DNA from: Clostridia bacterium
GTDB taxonomy: Bacteria > Bacillota > Clostridia > Monoglobales > Firm-18
Length of the DNA stretch: 64,000 nucleotides
Reading direction: 5' to 3'
NCBI GenBank assembly: GCA_045541135.1
Contig: JAZQIO010000028.1
Span: 32,897-96,896 of the forward strand
The translations under genes and the position numbers were made by a program. Under the pieces are notes generated by a model. It worked only from the letters and a program-made list of their open reading frames with translations, was not told the origin of the DNA and did not search any database. This document shows positions 45,231 through 54,781 of the stretch, in pieces (position 1 is the stretch's first letter; the number at the start of each line of letters is the position of its first letter).

Positions 45231-46601
45231 TCATATTAAATAAAATGCTTTATAAAGCTTATATGACATATACACATCCATTTTTGCAACAATTTCAAAG
45301 GGTGCATGCATAGAAAGAACCGGAACACCGCAATCGATTGTGTCAATGTTTCTGTTAGCGACAAACTGTGCAACAGTACCGCCGCCACCTTCATCAACCT
45401 TACCAAGTTCACCGATTTGCCATACAATGCCATTGTCTTTACAAATTTTACGGATTTCACCCATAAATTCTGCACTTGCGTCGGATGAACCGCTTTTGCC
45501 TCGTGCACCCGTATATTTACAAATCATAACACCATAGTTTGCTTTAGGTGCATTACGGGGTTCGGAAACCTCCTTGTAATTAGGATCCATAGCCGCACCA
45601 ACATCTGCTGAAAGACATTTTGAATTAGCAAAACATTTTCTCAACATTAATTCATTAAAATTACCTGTCTGAGAATTAATCATTGCTGAAATTGCATACT
45701 CAAAATATTCAGCCTGCATACCCGTATTACCCATGCTGCCGATTTCTTCTTTATCTGCAAGTAAACAAACTGCAGTTTTTTCAGGATTATCAATTTCAAG
45801 AATACCTTTTAATGCACCGTATGAGCATACTCTGTCATCGTGGCCGTACGCACCTATTAAACCTCTGTCAAAACCGATATCACGTGCTTTTCCGCTTGGT
45901 ACTACTTCAATTTCAGCACTTAAAAAATCCTCTTCTTCTATTCCATATTTATCATTAAGAATTTTCAAAACAGCAGATTTTATTTTTTCTTTGTCGGCAT
46001 CAGCAGGAATACTTCCGATTAACACGTTAAGGTTTTCGCCCGGTATAGCTTCACTTAATTTTTGAGACATCTGTTTTTGAGCAAGATGCGGTAAAAGGTC
46101 TGTAATGCAAAAAATCGGATCATTATCATCATCACCAATTGCAATGTTAACTTTTGTTCCATCCCCTTTTACTATCACACCATACATAGCCAAAGGAATT
46201 GTTGTCCACTGATATTTTTTAATACCACCATAGTAATGGGTCTTAAACAAGGCAAGTTCAGTATCTTCATACAAAGGATTCTGCTTTAAGTCAAGACGTG
46301 GTGAATCAATATGCGAAGCAACAAGATTAATTCCTTCAGTTATATCTTTTTTTCCTATAACAGCAAGAATAACACTTTTGCCTCTGTTATTGATATATAT
46401 TTTATCACCGGATTTTAACTGTTTGTTTTCATCATATTCTACAAACCCTGCATCTTTTGCAAGTTTAACAGTATAATCAACACAAAGTCTTTCGGTTTTA
46501 CCGTTATCTAAATATTTTTTATATAACTCGCAAAAATCAAAAACCTGCTTTTTTTCTGTTTCATCAATTATTTCCCATCCATTTTTTTGTTCATACATCA
46601 T
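45231..46601 (-). CDS. M18-family aminopeptidase
   Basis: 456 aa. Blocks VASHIDSPRLDLK, GHDDRVC, ADKEEIGS and PVLSMHAP are typical of M18 (aspartyl/aminopeptidase I family). Confidence 0.85.
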   Translation of the reverse strand: MMYEQKNGWEIIDETEKKQVFDFCELYKKYLDNGKTERLCVDYTVKLAKDAGFVEYDENKQLKSGDKIYINNRGKSVILAVIGKKDITEGINLVASHIDSPRLDLKQNPLYEDTELALFKTHYYGGIKKYQWTTIPLAMYGVIVKGDGTKVNIAIGDDDNDPIFCITDLLPHLAQKQMSQKLSEAIPGENLNVLIGSIPADADKEKIKSAVLKILNDKYGIEEEDFLSAEIEVVPSGKARDIGFDRGLIGAYGHDDRVCSYGALKGILEIDNPEKTAVCLLADKEEIGSMGNTGMQAEYFEYAISAMINSQTGNFNELMLRKCFANSKCLSADVGAAMDPNYKEVSEPRNAPKANYGVMICKYTGARGKSGSSDASAEFMGEIRKICKDNGIVWQIGELGKVDEGGGGTVAQFVANRNIDTIDCGVPVLSMHAPFEIVAKMDVYMSYKLYKAFYLI

Positions 46602-46613
46602 AATTATCTTCTC

Positions 46614-47144
46614 CTAATATAAAAATTTGTATATTTTTAAATTATTATTAATTTTTGTTATGTATCTGTTGGTTTCTTCGTAAGGAGTTGTTTTTATGGT
46701 TTTACTGTCATCAGAATATTTTTTATCATTTAACCATTTGTCTACCTTACCCATACCTGCATTATAGGCAGCAAGAGCTGTATTCATATCTCCATATCTT
46801 TCAAAAAGATAGTTATAGTAGTAAACACCAAGTTTAATATTAATTTCCGGATTGAGCAAATCTGCTTCCGAAACTTCATCAATGCCTATATTTTTCGCAC
46901 ACCAATTTGCCGTATCTAAAGTTAATTGCATAAGACCGCATGCGTTTTTTGATGAAACCGCATTGGAATCAAAATTACTTTCAGCCTTTATTATTGACAA
47001 AATTTCATATTTATCAATATTATATTTTTGACATTCTTCACTTATAATATCACTATAAGCAATTTTATATATCATTTTTGCCGCAACAAACAAAACAGTT
47101 ACAGCCAATATAATAAAAATTAAAAATTTAATTGTTTTTTTCAC
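46614..47144 (-). CDS. Membrane-anchored lytic transglycosylase (SLT domain)
   Basis: N-terminal TM helix. SLT catalytic block IIKAESNFDSNAVSSKNACGLMQL and AYNAG. Confidence 0.88.
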   Translation of the reverse strand: MKKTIKFLIFIILAVTVLFVAAKMIYKIAYSDIISEECQKYNIDKYEILSIIKAESNFDSNAVSSKNACGLMQLTLDTANWCAKNIGIDEVSEADLLNPEINIKLGVYYYNYLFERYGDMNTALAAYNAGMGKVDKWLNDKKYSDDSKTIKTTPYEETNRYITKINNNLKIYKFLY

Positions 47145-47739
47145 TAATACACCTCTTGATTACCTGTAAAGATTTATTATATAAGTCAGTAATATCAGAG
47201 TCACTTGTAATGACATAATCTGCGAAATTTGTATAAAATTCGTTGTCCGGCTGGCTTTTTATACGTTTTAGAGCAATTTCAGAACTTACATTATCTCTGT
47301 CGCAAATAAATTCTACACGTCTTTCATCGGAATTTATAACCGCAATGATAAAATCGCACATATCAACTATTTCTTTTGTGTTATGAAGCACAGCACCGTC
47401 GATCACGGTAAAATCACCAAGCATTTGCTTTGTTTTTTCGACTATTGCAGGATGAACAATACTGTTGAGTTTAAGTAATTTTTTCGAATCGGAAAATACA
47501 ATGTTACCAAGTTTTTTTCGATCAATTTCGCCGTTATCACCAAGTATTGATTCTCCAAATTCTTCAATTAATCTGTAGTACGCGTTACTGGGTTTTAAAA
47601 TCACATTATGTCCTAATTTATCGGTGTCAATATGTATAAAACCAAGGTCGGTAGCGGCTTTTGATACAATACTCTTGCCGCATCCGCTTCCACCTGTAAC
47701 TCCTATAATCAGCTTATTTTGCTTCATACCATGTTTCAC
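47128..47739 (-). CDS. coaE: Dephospho-CoA kinase
   Basis: IGVTGGSGCGKS P-loop, in polA-coaE synteny. The start may be the ATG at 47727. Confidence 0.92.
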   Translation of the reverse strand: MKHGMKQNKLIIGVTGGSGCGKSIVSKAATDLGFIHIDTDKLGHNVILKPSNAYYRLIEEFGESILGDNGEIDRKKLGNIVFSDSKKLLKLNSIVHPAIVEKTKQMLGDFTVIDGAVLHNTKEIVDMCDFIIAVINSDERRVEFICDRDNVSSEIALKRIKSQPDNEFYTNFADYVITSDSDITDLYNKSLQVIKRCISEKNN

Positions 47740-50224
47740 CTACATTCATATCTGCCACAAGGGGCACGATTAATTTTACAGCATTCTCCATCTCTGATTT
47801 AAGAATATTCTTAACCAATTCTAATTCGCTTTTTAATGCATCAATAATTAGCTCATCGTGTACTTGTAAAACAAGCTTGGATTTTAAATTTTCCTTCTTC
47901 AATCTTTTATAAATATTAACCATTGCAATTTTAATGATATCTGCCGCTGTACCTTGTATTGGTGTGTTCATTGCCACACGTTCACCAAAGGAGCGTTGAA
48001 TAAAATTGCCCGCATTAAGCTCCGGGAGATATCTTCTGCGATTAAAAAGTGTTTTAACGTATCCGTCTTTTTTTGCAATTTCAACAATGTTTTCCATATA
48101 TTTTTTAACACCGTTGAAATTTTTAAAATAGTTTTCTATATATTCCTTAGCTTCGTATTTTTTTATTCCAAGTTCCTGAGCAAGCGAAAAATCACCCATG
48201 CCATACACGATTCCAAAATTAACAGTCTTTGCTCTTGAACGCATTTCACTTGTTACATCAGATTTGTTAACATTAAAAATCTGTGAAGCTGTACGGGTAT
48301 GAATGTCTTCATTTTTGTTAAAAGCATCTGTCATATTTGCATCTTCGGATATGTGTGCAAGAACACGTAGCTCAATTTGTGAATAATCGGCATCAACCAA
48401 GATATGTTCGTTATCCGATGCTGTAAACATCTTACGAACTTCTCTGCCCAATTCTGTTCTTATAGGAATATTTTGTAAGTTTGGTTCTGTGCTGCTTATT
48501 CTACCTGTTACTGTAACTGTCTGGTTAAAATTAGAATGTATTTTCTGAGTATTTTTATTTATTACAGCTAAAAGTCCGTCTGCATATGTTCCCTTAAGTT
48601 TCACAAGATGTCTGTATTCCATAATAAGATCTATAACATCATGTGTACCCTTTAGTTTTTCTAAAACTTCTACACTTGTTGAATAACCGCTTTTAGTTTT
48701 CTTGATTATTGGAAGACGCAACTTTTCAAACAATACTTCTCCAAGCTGCTTTGGTGAGTTAATATTGAATTCTTCGTCGCATAATCCGTAAATTTCGTCA
48801 GTGATTTTGTCGATTCGTAAAGCAAGCATTTGCTGAAATTCCAACAAATTATCTTTATCAACCAACACACCTTGTATCTGCATACTTGCAAGTACTTCAA
48901 TCAAAGGCATCTCGATATTATAGAAAAGGTTTTCTTGATCATTTTCTTTAATTTCTTTTTTTAATTTATTATATATTGAAATAATTTCAACAAGCTTATT
49001 TGTATCGGTGTTGCCAAGAACTTCAAGTGAAACGGTATCCAATGCATAGTCAGTTGCAGAAGGATTTATAATATAATATGCAATCATAGTGTCGAAATAT
49101 CCGTTTTCATAAGCAATATTTTTATTGTTAAAAAATAAAATATGTTCTTTGATATTATGAGAAATCTTTTTGATTTCCGGATTTTCAATTATTGGTTCTA
49201 TATCCATTACATTTAAGTTTGTAATATCATCAATGGTTGTTGCACCATAACATACTTCACCATCAAAATAATAAAAAAACTCTTTTTTTGTTTCTATATT
49301 TTTAAAAAGTTTTTCTTTGTCATTCGATATTGTGATGTTAGTTTCGGATTCGGTTTTTACATCAAGTTTTTTTAAAAAACTGGTGAAATTTAATTTTGTA
49401 AATAAAGGCACAAGTAAATCGTTGTTATATTCTTTTATAACACAATCATCTATATTGAAATCAATTGGTACTTCACGGTCTATGGTTGCAAGAAATTTGC
49501 TGTTAAACGCATCATTTTTACCGTCTGTAAGCTTTGCACGAACACCTTTTGATACATCAATACTATCTATATTTTCATATATATGTTCAATACTTTTATA
49601 TTTCTGAATTAAAGAAAACGCTGTTTTTTCACCAATACCGGCAACTCCGGGTATATTATCTGATGTATCACCCATAAGTCCTTTTACATCGATAAACTCC
49701 ATAGGTGTTACGCCATATTTTTCAAAAACTGTTTCATCTGTATAATTTACCGTATCAGTAACTCCACTACGAGTTGTTATAAGTTTTACAATTGTATTTT
49801 TGCTTGCAAGTTGCAAGTCATCTTTATCTCCGGTAAGAATATCACAAACAACATCAGATTCATCGCAGATTCTTGAAACAGTACCTATAATATCATCTGC
49901 TTCGTAGCCTTCAAGTTCCAGCATTTTTATATTCATAGCAGATAATATTTCTTTCAAAATAGGCATTTGCTGTCTTAGTTCATCAGGCATACCCTTTCTT
50001 TGAGCTTTATATTCAGAAAAAACTTTGTGTCTGAATGTTGGAGCATGAACATCAAATGCCACACATAAATGTGTAGGATTTTCTTCAGCAATATATTTAA
50101 AAAGTATGTTTAAAAATCCATAAATGGCATTAGTGTATATACCATCTTTATTTGTAAGAAGTCTTATGCCGTAAAATGCTCTGTTTACTATACTGTTACC
50201 GTCAAGTATCATTAATTTATTCAT
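47714..50224 (-). CDS. polA: DNA polymerase I
   Basis: 5' nuclease domain (MILDGNSIVNRAFYG), family A polymerase motifs (DYSQIELRVLAH, RRRAKTVNFGIVYG-like RSRAKTVNFGIVYG, QVHDELI). The ATG at 50224 lies 8 nt after GGAGG. The ORF-track extension to 50338 reads through the ftsZ terminator. Confidence 0.97.
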   Translation of the reverse strand: MNKLMILDGNSIVNRAFYGIRLLTNKDGIYTNAIYGFLNILFKYIAEENPTHLCVAFDVHAPTFRHKVFSEYKAQRKGMPDELRQQMPILKEILSAMNIKMLELEGYEADDIIGTVSRICDESDVVCDILTGDKDDLQLASKNTIVKLITTRSGVTDTVNYTDETVFEKYGVTPMEFIDVKGLMGDTSDNIPGVAGIGEKTAFSLIQKYKSIEHIYENIDSIDVSKGVRAKLTDGKNDAFNSKFLATIDREVPIDFNIDDCVIKEYNNDLLVPLFTKLNFTSFLKKLDVKTESETNITISNDKEKLFKNIETKKEFFYYFDGEVCYGATTIDDITNLNVMDIEPIIENPEIKKISHNIKEHILFFNNKNIAYENGYFDTMIAYYIINPSATDYALDTVSLEVLGNTDTNKLVEIISIYNKLKKEIKENDQENLFYNIEMPLIEVLASMQIQGVLVDKDNLLEFQQMLALRIDKITDEIYGLCDEEFNINSPKQLGEVLFEKLRLPIIKKTKSGYSTSVEVLEKLKGTHDVIDLIMEYRHLVKLKGTYADGLLAVINKNTQKIHSNFNQTVTVTGRISSTEPNLQNIPIRTELGREVRKMFTASDNEHILVDADYSQIELRVLAHISEDANMTDAFNKNEDIHTRTASQIFNVNKSDVTSEMRSRAKTVNFGIVYGMGDFSLAQELGIKKYEAKEYIENYFKNFNGVKKYMENIVEIAKKDGYVKTLFNRRRYLPELNAGNFIQRSFGERVAMNTPIQGTAADIIKIAMVNIYKRLKKENLKSKLVLQVHDELIIDALKSELELVKNILKSEMENAVKLIVPLVADMNVGETWYEAK

Positions 50225-50293
50225 TAAAACATACCTCCAACGACAATACAAATCTAATATATATTTTACCACAAAATCAGCATAAAGTAAACT

Positions 50294-50330
50294 AAAAAAA
50301 CAAAAAAGCCTCAGAAAAAATCCGAGGCTT
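50294..50330 (-). terminator. Rho-independent terminator after ftsZ
   Basis: On the minus strand: AAGCCTCGGA, loop, TCTGAGGCTT (one G-U pair), followed by TTTTTTGTTTTTTT. Confidence 0.75.
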
Positions 50331-50339
50331 AAATACAAG

Positions 50340-51464
50340 TTATTTTTTTAAGAAATCAGGAATATCCAAATCATCATTTTTTGCGTCATTTATGATACGA
50401 GCAAAAGGATCATCATCTTTCTTTTCTTCCTTTTTTTCAACAGTAGGCACAGTTGTAGCTGTGCGAACAGGTTCATAAGAATATAACGATGGCATATCAG
50501 GATCGTCATTATCAAAACCTGTAGCAACCAATGTAATTTCAATTTCATCTTCAAGTGAATCCTTTATAATAGCACCAAAGATAAATTCTGCATCAACATC
50601 AGCAAGTTCCTGAACAAGCTCGTTTGCTTTCTGAATTTCAAGCATACCAAGATCAGGACCACCGGAAATGTTAAGCAAAATACCCTTTGCACCGGCAATT
50701 GAAGTTTCAAGCAACGGACTGTTGATGGCCATTCTTGTAGCTTCTTCAGCTCTGTTTTCGCCCTTAGCACGACCAATACCCATATGAGCAAGACCCGTAT
50801 TCTTCATAACTGCCTTAACATCAGCAAAGTCAAGATTAATAAGCCCCGGAGCAACAATAAGCTCACTGATACCCTGGAGGCCCTGTCTTAAAACATCATC
50901 AGCAACACGAAGAGCTTCTTCAAAAGTGATGTTGTTTTTAGTGTGGGCGATGTCTAAAAGTTTGTCATTATGTATAATTACAAGAGAGTCAGAATTTTTC
51001 TTTAATTCTTCAATACCGCGTTCCGCCTGAGACATTCTCTTTTTACCTTCAATAGTAAAAGGTTTTGTAACAATTGCAATTGTTAACTTACCAAGCTCCT
51101 TAGCGATACCTGCAATAACAGGAGCAGCACCGGTACCTGTACCGCCACCCATACCGGCAGTAACAAACACCATATCAGCATCTTTAATTGCAGCAGCAAT
51201 ATCATCTCTGCTTTCTTCAGCAGCTTTTCTTCCTACTTCGGGATTTGCCCCGGCACCTAAACCTCGTGTTACTTTTTCACCTATCTGGATTTTTGTATTG
51301 GAATTTGCTCTTTTTAATGCCTGAGCATCAGTGTTTACAGAAATAAATTCAACAGATCTAAGACCTGCTTCAATCATTCTGTTAACAGCATTATTACCTG
51401 CTCCGCCTACACCTACTACTTTTATATTGGCAAGTGATTCATTTTCTATTTCAAGTTCAATCAC
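50340..51464 (-). CDS. ftsZ: Cell division protein FtsZ
   Basis: [10 protein letters not shown] and [11 protein letters not shown] tubulin signature, with C-terminal peptide [11 protein letters not shown]. The GTG at 51464 lies 6 nt after GAGGAGG. The ORF-track GTG at 51479 overlaps the SD. Confidence 0.97.
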   Translation of the reverse strand: MIELEIENESLANIKVVGVGGAGNNAVNRMIEAGLRSVEFISVNTDAQALKRANSNTKIQIGEKVTRGLGAGANPEVGRKAAEESRDDIAAAIKDADMVFVTAGMGGGTGTGAAPVIAGIAKELGKLTIAIVTKPFTIEGKKRMSQAERGIEELKKNSDSLVIIHNDKLLDIAHTKNNITFEEALRVADDVLRQGLQGISELIVAPGLINLDFADVKAVMKNTGLAHMGIGRAKGENRAEEATRMAINSPLLETSIAGAKGILLNISGGPDLGMLEIQKANELVQELADVDAEFIFGAIIKDSLEDEIEITLVATGFDNDDPDMPSLYSYEPVRTATTVPTVEKKEEKKDDDPFARIINDAKNDDLDIPDFLKK

Positions 51465-51496
51465 AATAATCCTCCTCACATTATATACATATTACT

Positions 51497-51525
51497 ATTA
51501 TATATAATTTTTTTTGTTTTGTAAA
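51497..51525 (-). promoter_or_regulatory. Candidate sigma-A promoter for ftsZ
   Basis: Read on the minus strand: TTTACA (51525-51520), a 17-nt spacer, then TATAAT (51502-51497). Confidence 0.4.
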
Positions 51526-51547
51526 GTAATTTTTTATTTTTTTATGA

Positions 51548-51907
51548 TTATATTTTTTTTTCGCTTAATTTTTTCGAAATTTTACTAATAGCATATCTTC
51601 GTAATGTAGCAAAATTCTGGAATAATCTTGTACCGAAAACGACTATAGCCGCAATTGATAAGTCAACATTAAGTAAATTACCTATATATAAAATCAAGGC
51701 AGCAAGTATGGTATTTCCACAAAAACCGGATATAAAAATATTAAGTTTGAATTTACCGTTAAAATGTGCGACTAATCCACCAAAAATAGAATCAAAACCG
51801 GCTAAAAGCGCAATTGCAATGTAATGAGTCATATCGGTGGGTATATTAAATGGCACAAACAAGGCAATCATAGTGCCTACCATAATACAAAATATAACAA
51901 TCAACAT
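51548..51907 (-). CDS. sbp: Small basic protein Sbp (DUF1290)
   Basis: 119 aa with 4 TM helices and the LLAGFDSIFGG block. It sits upstream of ftsZ as in the Bacillus division cluster. Confidence 0.8.
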   Translation of the reverse strand: MLIVIFCIMVGTMIALFVPFNIPTDMTHYIAIALLAGFDSIFGGLVAHFNGKFKLNIFISGFCGNTILAALILYIGNLLNVDLSIAAIVVFGTRLFQNFATLRRYAISKISKKLSEKKI

Positions 51908-52648
51908 TTATTCTTCCTCGCTTCCTTCTGTAATTGGTACGGCGTATTCAAATTCTACCAAGCCGTTATAAGCAGGGATAACAAGGTCGGTTGCCTTATT
52001 TATTTCAATTTCAAGACCCCATGCCGTAAGTGAATCATATGCTCCGCCTCGCATCATTAAAGAGTTTTCAAGAGTTATTGGATCTCCAATTGCTTTAATA
52101 ACAAACGGAGCTGTTATTTTAGTACTGTTAACACTTACGGTAGGTCCGACACATCTTATTTCTGTAGTTGATATAATACGCTCATTGTTTATTGATAATG
52201 CTTCTGCACCTGCTCCACGTAATTCGTTTACAATAGTCAACAAATCGGAATCGTGTATCAGATAGTTATTTATATCACCGCTAAGGTCTGATTTTGTACT
52301 GTCTTTAACTGTAACAATTATACCGACGCCCTCTACTTCTACTAATCCTGCCATAATTTCAGCTCTTTTTAATTGGTTAACAAGAGTTTTGGAATAGTCA
52401 CTGTTTGCAGCTGCCTCATCTTTGAAAGACTGCAAATCAAACTGTAGTGTGTTATTTAGTTCAACTAACTGGGCATTCTTTTTTCTCGTTTCCTCAAGTT
52501 CATTTAAAAGTTCATCTTTACGCATTGAACCTGCAGGGTCATATGTGTGATTATATATAACACTTTTAATTTGTAGTGTAACAAGAAAAGCCATAATTAA
52601 TGCAATAATCCCAATAGAAAAAGTTGCGCTTGTTAATGTTTTTTTCAA
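51908..52648 (-). CDS. DUF881-family division-associated protein (YlxW/YlxX-like)
   Basis: N-terminal TM helix, a coiled-coil region, then a DUF881-like C-terminal domain (LLTIVNELRGAGAEALSINNERI). The TTG at 52648 lies 8 nt after AGGAG. The ORF track extends to 52699 and overlaps ftsQ. Confidence 0.78.
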   Translation of the reverse strand: MKKTLTSATFSIGIIALIMAFLVTLQIKSVIYNHTYDPAGSMRKDELLNELEETRKKNAQLVELNNTLQFDLQSFKDEAAANSDYSKTLVNQLKRAEIMAGLVEVEGVGIIVTVKDSTKSDLSGDINNYLIHDSDLLTIVNELRGAGAEALSINNERIISTTEIRCVGPTVSVNSTKITAPFVIKAIGDPITLENSLMMRGGAYDSLTAWGLEIEINKATDLVIPAYNGLVEFEYAVPITEGSEEE

Positions 52649-52673
52649 AAAACTCACTCCTACCGTAAGTAAA

Positions 52674-53453
52674 TTAATCAAGATATGCTTTGCCGTCAAT
52701 GATATTCAGTGTTCCGGACTTGGTGCTTTCAGGTGAATTGTATGCATTTGACGCCATAATATTAATTTTATAGTTTAGATTGTAAATATCGCCTAAAACA
52801 ACTGTAAAATTTTCATTTACAGTAAACTTAATTTTATTGACATCTGAAATATCTATTGCGGTAACCATACCGGCAAATGTGGAATTTTCAAGAGTCTGAA
52901 TTAACGCTTTATAAATAAATATGTGACCGGAATTTTCAAAACCTATAACATCATTTACATTGTTCTCTGTTATTTTTAAATTTTCAAGAACGGGAACCTT
53001 ATCTTCAGGCTTTTTATTGGAAATTTCAAGAACTTTTCCGGTTTCATCAAGATATATAAATTCTTTATTTTTTTCAATGTATGAATAAATCTGACATTCT
53101 GTTATTTTTATATTGATTGTAGAAGGATACTTCTTGATAATTTCAGCACTTTTTACATAAGGAATATTTTCTATTGAATCAATAGCTTTTCCTTTACCTG
53201 TTCTTATAATATTATCTCCTGTTTTTATATTTGAAGCAGAAATAATTTCTTCAGATGTAACCTTGCTGTTTCCTGTACAATTAATATGTCTTATCTGCAT
53301 AAATGGTGCAAATAAAAGAATAATCATAAGTATAATTAAAAGTAATGAAATCAGCAATAGTTTTCTTTTGATTTTATTGATTTTTGCACGTCGTTTATAA
53401 TTTTTCAGCTTAACAACTTTGCCGTCATCATTTTTTTTGGTTATATATTTCAT
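52674..53453 (-). CDS. ftsQ: Cell division protein FtsQ/DivIB
   Basis: A basic cytoplasmic N-terminus, one TM helix, a POTRA domain (IRHINCTGNSKVTSEEII), and an FtsQ-type domain. Confidence 0.85.
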   Translation of the reverse strand: MKYITKKNDDGKVVKLKNYKRRAKINKIKRKLLLISLLLIILMIILLFAPFMQIRHINCTGNSKVTSEEIISASNIKTGDNIIRTGKGKAIDSIENIPYVKSAEIIKKYPSTINIKITECQIYSYIEKNKEFIYLDETGKVLEISNKKPEDKVPVLENLKITENNVNDVIGFENSGHIFIYKALIQTLENSTFAGMVTAIDISDVNKIKFTVNENFTVVLGDIYNLNYKINIMASNAYNSPESTKSGTLNIIDGKAYLD

Positions 53454-53465
53454 AAGTAACCTCCG

Positions 53466-54719
53466 TTAAGAAGTATAGTTGATTTCCACACCCAGTTTGC
53501 ATAAATTTCCGACAAAATCTTCATAACCGCGTTCTAAATATTCTATGCCGTCAACCACGGTAATTCCATCAGCACCTAAACCTGCTACAATAAGACCGGC
53601 TGCACCGCGAAGGTCATTTGCAGTAACATTAGCCCCATATAATTTTTTTACTCCGCGTATAACAGCATTTCTTTCCATAACACTGATATCTGCTCCCATT
53701 CTGTTTAATTCACAGATATGTTTGAATCGGTTTTCAAATAAATTTTCTGTTATAATACTCATTCCATCTGCTATGCATAGTAATGGTGTTATAATAGACT
53801 GAACATCTGTTGGGAAACCGGGATAAGGCATTGTTCTGATAAGGTCAACAGGTTTTATAACATCTGTTTTGCATATTTTTATGTTATTACTGTCATGCTC
53901 CGTGGCAAAGCCACATCTGTTTAATACAGAAATTACGGAATGCAAATCCTCAATGCAGGCATTTTTTACTTCTATTTCACTATTTGTAATTGCAGATGCA
54001 ATTAAGTAGGTTGCAGAAACAATGCGGTCCGGCATTACGGAATAATTGGTACCCGATAATTTATTTACACCGTATATTTCTATTGTATCGGTACCACAAC
54101 CGCGTATATTTGCCCCCATAGAATTAAGGAAATTTTGCAAATCTGTTATTTCAGGCTCTTTAGCCGCATTATGTATAGTTGTTTTACCACGGCATCTGCA
54201 TGCTAACAGCATAATGTTTTCGGTAGCACCTACGCTTGGAAAATCAAGACAAATATCATTACCTGTAACAGTTTTGCAAAAACATTCATAGTAACCATAA
54301 TGCTCTGTAATTTTAACACCAAGTTGTTCAAATGCTTTTAAATGCAAATCTATGGGTCTGGCGCCAAGCTCACATCCTCCAGGCAATGTTATTTTAACAT
54401 ATCCGTATTTATTAAGTAATGCACCCATAAACAAAATTGATGAACGCATTTTGCGAATCATATTATCCGGAATCACTCCGCAAAAATCATCGTTTTTATA
54501 AACGGTAAAAGTATTGTTTACCTGCTTAATGTCGTGACCTATATATTTTAAGATTTCTGCTGTATTTTTAACATCGGAAATTTTCGGACAATTGTATATA
54601 CAGCAATCATCTTCCGCCAGGACAGATGCTGCCAGAATTGGCAATACTGCATTTTTCGAGCCCTGAACAGATACGCTTCCACTTAATACGGCATTACCCA
54701 TTATTGAAACTTTTTTCAA
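53466..54719 (-). CDS. murA: UDP-N-acetylglucosamine 1-carboxyvinyltransferase
   Basis: EPSP-synthase fold with VQGSKNAVLPILAA. The active-site loop LPGGCELGARPIDLH retains the Cys. TTG start 5 nt after GGAGGTG. Confidence 0.95.
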   Translation of the reverse strand: MKKVSIMGNAVLSGSVSVQGSKNAVLPILAASVLAEDDCCIYNCPKISDVKNTAEILKYIGHDIKQVNNTFTVYKNDDFCGVIPDNMIRKMRSSILFMGALLNKYGYVKITLPGGCELGARPIDLHLKAFEQLGVKITEHYGYYECFCKTVTGNDICLDFPSVGATENIMLLACRCRGKTTIHNAAKEPEITDLQNFLNSMGANIRGCGTDTIEIYGVNKLSGTNYSVMPDRIVSATYLIASAITNSEIEVKNACIEDLHSVISVLNRCGFATEHDSNNIKICKTDVIKPVDLIRTMPYPGFPTDVQSIITPLLCIADGMSIITENLFENRFKHICELNRMGADISVMERNAVIRGVKKLYGANVTANDLRGAAGLIVAGLGADGITVVDGIEYLERGYEDFVGNLCKLGVEINYTS

Positions 54720-54729
54720 AAAAACACCT

Positions 54730-54772
54730 CCGCAACAATATATTTCATATTATGTTCAAAATATTGTTGCGG
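54730..54772 (-). other. 12-bp-stem hairpin between PBP1A and murA, abutting the murA SD
   Basis: CCGCAACAATAT (54730-54741), a 19-nt loop, ATATTGTTGCGG (54761-54772). On the mRNA the 3' arm ends in ...GCGG, which runs directly into the SD GGAGGTG. Confidence 0.6.
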
Positions 54773-54781
54773 TGAATTACA

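Noticed and set aside
50225-50338. N-terminal extensions in the ORF track: polA to 50338, dapF from 9986, ffh from 1098, ftsZ to 51479, PBP1A to 56968, uxuA to 61242, zur to 23057, and others.
   Set aside because: The extensions read through terminators or promoters, or start on top of the SD. In each case an internal start has a properly spaced SD and matches the conserved protein N-terminus.
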